Below, piece after piece: positions 51,470-58,413 of a stretch of 64,000 nucleotides of DNA. Location of the stretch: assembly GCA_009859145.1 (NCBI GenBank), contig VRVR01000016.1, forward strand, positions 214,855 to 278,854. The letters run 5' to 3'. The stretch is from Andalucia godoyi And28 (taxonomy: Eukaryota > Protista > Jakobida). Numbering within the stretch: the stretch's first letter is position 1; each line of letters starts with the position of its first letter. The notes below the pieces were generated by a model. The model did no database searches, was not told where the DNA came from, and was given only the letters and a program-made list of their open reading frames with translations. The position numbers and the translations under genes were made by a program.

Positions 51470-54295
51470 ATGGGCTTGCAGAATCAGACGGTTGCCATTT
51501 CGGACGAAAGTGTAAGGCCAGATGGACAGTTCTCTTCGCAGTTGATAGAATTGGACTCAGATGCATTATTTGACGCCGTTGAAACAGTTGAATGCGGCGG
51601 AGCCAAGCACACGGCTTCCCAGGAGCTTGCGGAAATCCACTGTATTTTGGAAAACTCAACGGGCTCGCAGAGTTACTTGACATCGTCGCCTACACGGCAG
51701 CCCCCGGGCCGCCTCCGGAGCCCTGCTAAAAGAAGTCTCTTCGCGGCAGCTCGAGCTGTTGCTCCGGCGTCCTCACCGGAGACCGCTCCGTCAATCGATC
51801 ATGGCGAGCCCTCCAGGATCATTTCGTTCATGCCTGACGAATACTCGCGTGTCCTGCGGAGCCGCGGCGTGAGTCGTCTCCATCCTTGGCAGTCGGACCT
51901 ACTTTGCGCGGCCAAAAAGTATCATTTGCATGAGCGAAATCTTGTTTACTCGACTCCAACATCTGCGGGAAAGAGTCTTGTTGCTGAGACTTTGCTGGTG
52001 CATGCGGTGTGCTCCGAGTCTTCCCTTGGTCTCCTAGTTCTTCCGTTCGTCAGTATATGCGAAGAAAAGTACCAGTCTCTGACAGTCTTTGGGCGGTGCA
52101 TGGACTTTGATGCAGAAATTTATGCTGGATCAAGGGGAAGCTTTCCTCCTCCGAAAGGCGGCCGTTTGATATTAATTGCGACGATAGAAATGGCAAACGC
52201 CATTTTGAATTCTTTGCTGGAAGACGGTCGGTTGAATGAATTGTCCTGCGTTGTTGTTGATGAATTGCACATGATCGGGGATGGGTCATTGCGTGGTGCT
52301 TTATTGGAATCCTTGTTAATCAAACTGCGACTGTACCAGTCGTCCACGGCCAGCTTTCGATGCCAAATAATAGGAATGAGCGCTACTCTTCCTAACCTGA
52401 CCGAGATTGCAACTTGGCTTGATGCGGATCTCTATCAAGGGTCATTTCGCCCTGTTCCTTTGGAAGAATTTGTTGTTTTTCCGTGGGAGAAAGAAACATG
52501 CGCAGTGTCCCTGGATAGAAAACGCCGGTTTCCACTAGACTTGACAGTCGTTGATCCAGGAAAAAGGTTTGACTCTGAAGTATTGGTCATTGCTAGTCTG
52601 ATTAAGGGAGATTTCAATTGTTTGGTGTTTTGTCCTTCGAAGTACGCCTGCGAGTATACTGCCAAGATTCTAAAGTTACTTTGCCCACTGGACGTTTCTG
52701 ATGCGCGAAGCCTTCTTTGCTCAAGAATCGAGTACGAAATTGGTACCAAAATGAATGAAGTTCAACGGGATGCGATCCTGTACTCAGGAATCGCTTTTCA
52801 TCATTCCGGACTCACTGCTGGAGAGAGAAGGCTTGTTGAGGATGGTTTCCGAAAGCGAGTGCTCAGAGTCTTGTGTTGCACATCGACGTTAGCTGCGGGT
52901 GTTAATCTCCCTGTGCGCAGAGTGATTTTTCGTGGACTGGTGATAGGGAAAGATATTCCATTAACCGCCTCGAAGTATGCTCAAATGGCTGGAAGAGCGG
53001 GTCGGGCAAACCTGGATACCAAAGGGGAGTCTTTTGCAATTGTTCGCAGGAAAGATCTTGCAATCCTGGATGACATTTCCAGAATTCGTGTTCTTGAATC
53101 TTCGGAAAGAATGAATTCTTCTTTTCTGGCGCTCTTCCACTCGCTTAACGTCACCGCATCTTCTGTTTCAACTCTTCCAGAAGAAGTCTTTTTGCCTTTT
53201 CAGCGATTGATTTTAGATTGTCTGTCTGCTGGACTGCTCTCTTCGGATTCTGAGCCTCCGTCTTTGAGGAAGCTTCTCGATTTTTCATTGTTTTATCAGC
53301 AAGCTTCTCGGGACCAACAAATCTTAATCATCTCCATCATGAATTCTTGTGTGGATGTTCTGGTGGAAAAGGGATTTCTACGAAAACCAACCTCAGGATC
53401 AGATGTGTTATTCGATATTCTCCCCTTGGGCTTGGCTGTGGCGAAATCGTCGTTTGCGATAGAGGATGCGCTGTTCCTGTATCAAGAGCTTCGGAAGGCA
53501 ATTCGCCACGGATTAGTTCTGGAGAATGAGCTGCATCTTTGCTATTTAAGTACCCCTGTGTCTTCGATGATTGATCCGGACTGGAAATTGTTTGGGAAGA
53601 TTCTTGATCGGCTCCCTGAAGAAGATCAGCGTATATTTGAGATTTGTGGAGGTGACCATGCACTGGTTGCTCGGTTTGCCTTCCAACCTCCCTCCACATC
53701 CATGTTTCCTTCTGCGGCCGGTGCTTCCGCATTGCGATCTGCGTGCGCAGCTGCACTGAAAAATGAAAGCGAGCAGAGAACCTTTTGTTGTCGGCGATTT
53801 TATAATGCCCTCATATTGAGAGATGCTGTCAACGAAGTCGGGGTAGACGAATTGTGCGTCCGATTTGGGACCAGTATGGGCAGAATTGAGATGCTGATGA
53901 CAATGGCAGGCAGCTTTGCCGTCCAGATGATTCGTTTCTGCGGCAGAATGGAATGGTGGGCATTGGAGGCCTGCTTGCTTGCGTACGCCAAACGAGTTGA
54001 GTTCGGTGTTAAGGGAGACGTTATTGAATTATGTGAGATCCGAGGAGTAGGGCAGAAAAGAGCTCGAATGCTGTACAAGAATGGAATCAGGTCAGTTGAG
54101 GATGTGGCCAAACTGTCGAAGGATCAACTGATCCGTCGGCTTGGACATCTAGTAGATGTGGATATGGTGCTTTCTAGCGCTCGACGCATTTGTGAGCAAC
54201 GAAGCCGTCGAGCACGCATGGAAGCCGAACGAGTTGCTGTGAGTTTGACGCAAATCGTTGGTGATGATGTCTCGTACGACCCAGAAGTGGCTTGA
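51470..54295 (+). CDS. HELQ: HELQ/POLQ-type superfamily-2 DNA helicase without a polymerase domain
   Basis: YSTPTSAGKS, VVVDELH, GMSATL, LVFCPSK, FHHSGL, TSTLAAGVNLP, QMAGRAGR, C-terminal HhH (IRGVGQKRARMLY). HELQ versus POLQ-N is not resolved by eye. Confidence 0.8.
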   Translation: MGLQNQTVAISDESVRPDGQFSSQLIELDSDALFDAVETVECGGAKHTASQELAEIHCILENSTGSQSYLTSSPTRQPPGRLRSPAKRSLFAAARAVAPASSPETAPSIDHGEPSRIISFMPDEYSRVLRSRGVSRLHPWQSDLLCAAKKYHLHERNLVYSTPTSAGKSLVAETLLVHAVCSESSLGLLVLPFVSICEEKYQSLTVFGRCMDFDAEIYAGSRGSFPPPKGGRLILIATIEMANAILNSLLEDGRLNELSCVVVDELHMIGDGSLRGALLESLLIKLRLYQSSTASFRCQIIGMSATLPNLTEIATWLDADLYQGSFRPVPLEEFVVFPWEKETCAVSLDRKRRFPLDLTVVDPGKRFDSEVLVIASLIKGDFNCLVFCPSKYACEYTAKILKLLCPLDVSDARSLLCSRIEYEIGTKMNEVQRDAILYSGIAFHHSGLTAGERRLVEDGFRKRVLRVLCCTSTLAAGVNLPVRRVIFRGLVIGKDIPLTASKYAQMAGRAGRANLDTKGESFAIVRRKDLAILDDISRIRVLESSERMNSSFLALFHSLNVTASSVSTLPEEVFLPFQRLILDCLSAGLLSSDSEPPSLRKLLDFSLFYQQASRDQQILIISIMNSCVDVLVEKGFLRKPTSGSDVLFDILPLGLAVAKSSFAIEDALFLYQELRKAIRHGLVLENELHLCYLSTPVSSMIDPDWKLFGKILDRLPEEDQRIFEICGGDHALVARFAFQPPSTSMFPSAAGASALRSACAAALKNESEQRTFCCRRFYNALILRDAVNEVGVDELCVRFGTSMGRIEMLMTMAGSFAVQMIRFCGRMEWWALEACLLAYAKRVEFGVKGDVIELCEIRGVGQKRARMLYKNGIRSVEDVAKLSKDQLIRRLGHLVDVDMVLSSARRICEQRSRRARMEAERVAVSLTQIVGDDVSYDPEVA

Positions 54296-54324
54296 AGCTT
54301 TTTCTTTTTGGTTCCCAAGTTCTT

Positions 54325-54506
54325 CGCCTGCATTGTACAGCAAGCATCGCTAATCATTGCTGACCAATCCATAGGCAGCCTTGCATCCAAACCGAGTGTG
54401 AATTCAATTCAGAAGAGGGTAGGCCCCAGTACACCGAAAGAGTTCTTCAAATATACATACTGCGCACACAGCTCCGATGTCGACCCAGGCATGATGGACA
54501 CAGGAA
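54325..54506 (-). pseudogene. Old decayed Fanzor/TnpB 3' end with an omegaRNA-like module
   Basis: Minus strand reads FLCPSC-L-GRHRSCVRSMY-(+2 nt)-LKN, which aligns codon by codon to DRDWNGARSIYLKN. Followed by GGGG-CCTA-CCC, GGATGCAAG and ATGCAGGCG. Confidence 0.62.
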
Positions 54507-54683
54507 TGACGATGAATTAAAAAAGACGACCGGAATAGCATTTTCTGAAATGTCTGGATGTGGGGGCTAACGTAGGGCAACAGAGCGGGGTCGTTCCCTT
54601 TTCACGTTCTCTCTTTTGTGCAGGTTGGGGAGGTGACTCAATGTACCCTCAACTGCCACACTCTGCGGTTTTGTTTCTGGTCG

Positions 54684-54835
54684 CCTACATAATACACTGA
54701 ACATGCATGCATATCTACGAATAGACATGCATGTTCAATCTTGCATCCCGTTGCCGGGAACGGGATAGGTCCCTAACACGCCTCACGGCGCTCTTCAGAT
54801 AAATGTTCCGCGCTCCGTTCCCAATCTCGATCATT
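54684..54835 (-). ncRNA. Putative omegaRNA scaffold of copy 2
   Basis: GCGCC-GTGA-GGCGT, GGGA-CCTA-TCCC, CCCGTT-CCCGGC-AACGGG, a 12+4-bp hairpin with TTCG loop (54698-54737), and terminal TAGG complementary to CCTA. Confidence 0.68.
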
Positions 54836-55322
54836 CTGTGAGCCACTTTCTCAGCGTGGCACGTTGTTCCTGAGAAGGGTGCATTTTGATTCTGACGGCC
54901 CTAGCAGCAGCAGGCGCTTTCGTGTCCTCAGTTGCAGCGATTGATGCACCTGGAGACACGAGAGGAAGAGGCGATAGGCGTAGTGACACGTGGTCTCTTA
55001 GTAGGTCTGCGGGACCTAGGAGGCCCTGCATCGAGCGGCGTAGGCGTAGGCGAATGCGTCATCCCAGCGCACTCACGCCCATATTTGAATAAAAGAGTGA
55101 AACCAAAAAAAAGTGAAACCAACGAATGATAGAATAGATGGCTATGGATGCTGCGCTAAAGAGTGTCGAAAATGCAGAGCCTGTGTCGCAGGCTGAATTC
55201 TGGCCGAGCGTGCGTAAGCACGAATTCCAGTGAAGCAAACGTGCTAGTGTCGGCCAGTATTGACCGTGTCTGTTTATGTATGCTTCCTTTCGTATGCATG
55301 ACAATGACGTGTCATCATTCAA
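54684..55322 (-). mobile_element. Non-autonomous Fanzor2/IS607-TnpB derivative, copy 2 (both ends visible, 639 bp)
   Basis: CCG|TTGAAT left junction, HTH motif, frameshifted DRDWNGARNIYLKS, structured 3' end, ATGTAGG|CG right junction. No TIRs seen. Confidence 0.85.
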
Positions 55323-55405
55323 CGGCTTGTCCGGAGAATCCCAATGCATTGTTTTCTTTGTCCAGTGCCGTTGTTGTGCTGTAAATATTTTCGTGCAAGA
55401 ATAGA

Positions 55406-56290
55406 ATGTCAGAACGTCACACCAGCCAAGCAGCCCGTTCCAGATGGAAGCTGTTGTCTCAGTTTATTTCGCAGAAACGGTCCATCGACTGCAGCTGTCC
55501 CAGTGCCCAGTCTGTTTCTGTGAAACGGCTGCTCAACTTTGGATTCTTGAAGTTCACGGAACATGCCTCGGACCAGAATCCGTCATACAATGTTCGCCAA
55601 TACTCATTCAGTGACGAATTTTCTGTTTCGTTGTTATCAAGAAAAAATACAATTCCAACCTTATCTGAAGTAAACAGTGTCATTGGCACTGCGTTTGACA
55701 CCACTGGTCTTATCACTGTATGGCCTGCTGAGGAAGCTCTGTCGTATTACATATTTGAAAATGTCGCGGATTTTCGTGGGAAAAGTGTCTTGGAAATTGG
55801 TTGCGGCTGTGGGCTTGCGGGTTTGGTGGCTGCCAAAGGTGGTTCTGGCTTCGTGTCCCTCACAGATGCGAACGAAGATGTTGTCAGGCTATGTGACGAA
55901 TCAATATCTATGAATCCCGACGTACAGAATTGCACTGCATCTGTCCTGGCTTGGGGCAAGCTCGAAAATTTCGCTACTTTCGACTTTATCGTTTCTGCGG
56001 ACTGCTTATACTTTGAAAAATCGCACGCTCTCATGCATGACCTCCTTTCTTCAGCATTGGCCAAGAATGGCACCGCTCTCTTCGTATGCCCTCGGCGAGG
56101 AGCATCTTTAGAAGCATTTGTACACCTCCTGAACGGTCAAAAAGTATTCAAGGTGTGCGTGCTGGAAAATTGGAATAGACACATTGATAACTGCATTGCG
56201 GACACGATGCAAAAGAACATGGATCTGTTTGACAAGAACTTGCATAACCTATTGTTGATTACAGTGGAGAGACTGTCTCCCCAGGGGTAA
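55406..56290 (+). CDS. CAMKMT: Calmodulin-lysine N-methyltransferase-like (METTL21 family)
   Basis: ARSRWKLL, FDTTGLITVWPAEEALSYY, VLEIGCGCGLAG, LTDAN, SADCLYF, CPRRG. Confidence 0.82.
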   Translation: MSERHTSQAARSRWKLLSQFISQKRSIDCSCPSAQSVSVKRLLNFGFLKFTEHASDQNPSYNVRQYSFSDEFSVSLLSRKNTIPTLSEVNSVIGTAFDTTGLITVWPAEEALSYYIFENVADFRGKSVLEIGCGCGLAGLVAAKGGSGFVSLTDANEDVVRLCDESISMNPDVQNCTASVLAWGKLENFATFDFIVSADCLYFEKSHALMHDLLSSALAKNGTALFVCPRRGASLEAFVHLLNGQKVFKVCVLENWNRHIDNCIADTMQKNMDLFDKNLHNLLLITVERLSPQG

Positions 56291-56294
56291 GTAC

Positions 56295-56999
56295 TCATGA
56301 ACTACTTCCTCTGCCTGCAGCCTGAGCGATGCTCTGCATATCTGACACAACAGCGTTCACATCCTCAACGAGTCGAGAAGCACTGCTGCGGTACTGGGGC
56401 TCAATGACGAAAACGGTTAGCATTGATTTAGAAGTATGACGTAGCTGCTCGATAAGTTGAGTGTCTCCTCGAATAAATCCAACAAGATCAGCATGCAATT
56501 CAATTACAATTCGAGTGTCATATTCTTCGGTGGCTTGGTCTTCAGACTCCAGTTCCCGCCATGCATTCTTGAAATTTCGTTGCGCAAAACAGAAACGGGC
56601 TCTAGAAACACATTCAATAGGGATGTGAAGGCTCCATGTCGGACCTGAGTGTAAGTATTTCATGTGGATTTCCAAATAACCTTCAAACAAATGGAAAGTA
56701 AACTCGGTGCGTGTCTGCCAGAAGTACGATCTGACAAAAACAGCAGTCGATGTTAACACGCACAGTCCCATCCCGCTCAGACCACCGACAACGGAGACAA
56801 AAATCGCTACAACTATACATGCACACGTCAGAACAGAGCAAACGGAGAGAATCTTCCAGAAAAACGCGCGAGAACACTCATCTCGAAGCAAAATAGAGAA
56901 CTTTTCGTTTCCGAAGTTGCCAGACAACTTTTCCGGGACGTACTCCACAATGTCGAATTGTGACTCGCCTTCGAGGATTGGGGAACTTGCTTCAAGCAT
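56295..56999 (-). CDS. Uncharacterised 2-TM membrane protein
   Basis: About 234-aa ORF with two adjacent hydrophobic helices followed by a beta-rich region. Confidence 0.55.
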   Translation of the reverse strand: MLEASSPILEGESQFDIVEYVPEKLSGNFGNEKFSILLRDECSRAFFWKILSVCSVLTCACIVVAIFVSVVGGLSGMGLCVLTSTAVFVRSYFWQTRTEFTFHLFEGYLEIHMKYLHSGPTWSLHIPIECVSRARFCFAQRNFKNAWRELESEDQATEEYDTRIVIELHADLVGFIRGDTQLIEQLRHTSKSMLTVFVIEPQYRSSASRLVEDVNAVVSDMQSIAQAAGRGSSS

Positions 57000-57300
57000 G
57001 AAATGCAGCAAGTATCACTCCCAGATGCATCAGTTTGAGCTCGAAGGGGGCTTTCTCAGAGAAGTGAGACACGAAAGAATTCAACAACATCCAAACATCA
57101 CAACACACTCATTCCGCAAGGCCAGAACGGAGAAAGGGAAAAAAAATATCCGCCTGCCGTATCAGAACATGGGAACAGTCGAAGGGAAAAAATGACATCG
57201 CAGAATTTTTTGTCCTTCGTCGCTGGGAAATCGTTCTTTGGTTGCTGTTGTCTTTTCCATGGAGCTTTGAGTTGCTGTCGGTGTCACCAGCGCGAATCTC

Positions 57301-58413
57301 ATGAGTTCCTTTGATCCCCCTGCTGAATCTCAAAATAATGCCGCGGACGACAGTTTCACTGACGAAGACGGAAAGACAAGGAAGCGTACTGCCACTCGGA
57401 ATGAGGATGATGCTCGAAGATCAAAGATGTCCCGTGTGGATGAGTCCCTCTTTTCTCGCGACGATGATGTTGATGTACTGGATGAGAGCGACGATCTCCA
57501 GGCCTCTGAGGAAGCAAACAAACTTCTCATGAAAATGAGCGAAGCAGCTGCAGAGGACCGGGCTGTCATGGAACAAAACCTCCGAGGCCAGAACAGCAGT
57601 GGCAATGCAATGGCTGTTTCAAAACTTAGAATGCTTCCTGAAGTTCGGGATACGTGTCAGAAAATTCATTTGAGAAACGCCTTGATTGGACAAGGCTTGC
57701 TCAGTCTTTTCAAAGATTGGCTTGATCCGCTGGACGAAGCGAAGGAGCTTTTGCCATCCGTGAATGTTCGAACGGTGCTGCTTGACATTCTGGCGACATT
57801 TCCTTTACGAAATGAAATCATGAACGAGAAGAAACTGGTATTCCAGGGAATATCGCTGGACGACGTTGTCAATTCTGGTATCGGCAAAATCGTTTCGTTG
57901 CTGTTGAAGCATCCAAAGGAGACGGAAGAGAACAAGCGAAAGGCTCTGCGGCTGAAACAGCGAATTGAAGCTCTCTTGCGATACGAGACAAGATCTGGAG
58001 AGGTTGCCATAGGGGTGGAACGATCACGACGTTCCAAATCCCGTCAAATCACTGAAGACGATATTGCCAGTGCAGAAGCAGCCAAGGAAAGGTCCATCCG
58101 CGAGTTTTTGAAGCGCAAGTCCCAAGAAGAGGAAGCTCGGGTAGCGAGGGGAGAGTCTCTAAAGGAAGGTCTGACGCAGAAAGCCCAGGGAAGGATCCCA
58201 AAGCCTGCGAACTTCGACTATGTTTCAAATGTGCCTTCAGCCGCTGCAGCAGACCAAAAGACGGAGATGGGCTTCGGAACTGTGATTCCGTCTCGCTTCA
58301 CCTCGGATACATCAAAGCGGTTGATGAAACACATGCGGGACAACACCAACACCTCTCGTTCGTTTGTGCACGCAGAAAAGGTGTCTGTGCAAGGTCGCTC
58401 CGATGTGAAATGA
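57301..58413 (+). CDS. IWS1: IWS1/Spn1 transcription elongation factor (TFIIS N-terminal domain)
   Basis: LLSLFKDWLDPL ... LPSVNVRTVLLDIL ... SGIGKIV ... HPKETEENKRKA. Confidence 0.85.
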   Translation: MSSFDPPAESQNNAADDSFTDEDGKTRKRTATRNEDDARRSKMSRVDESLFSRDDDVDVLDESDDLQASEEANKLLMKMSEAAAEDRAVMEQNLRGQNSSGNAMAVSKLRMLPEVRDTCQKIHLRNALIGQGLLSLFKDWLDPLDEAKELLPSVNVRTVLLDILATFPLRNEIMNEKKLVFQGISLDDVVNSGIGKIVSLLLKHPKETEENKRKALRLKQRIEALLRYETRSGEVAIGVERSRRSKSRQITEDDIASAEAAKERSIREFLKRKSQEEEARVARGESLKEGLTQKAQGRIPKPANFDYVSNVPSAAAADQKTEMGFGTVIPSRFTSDTSKRLMKHMRDNTNTSRSFVHAEKVSVQGRSDVK

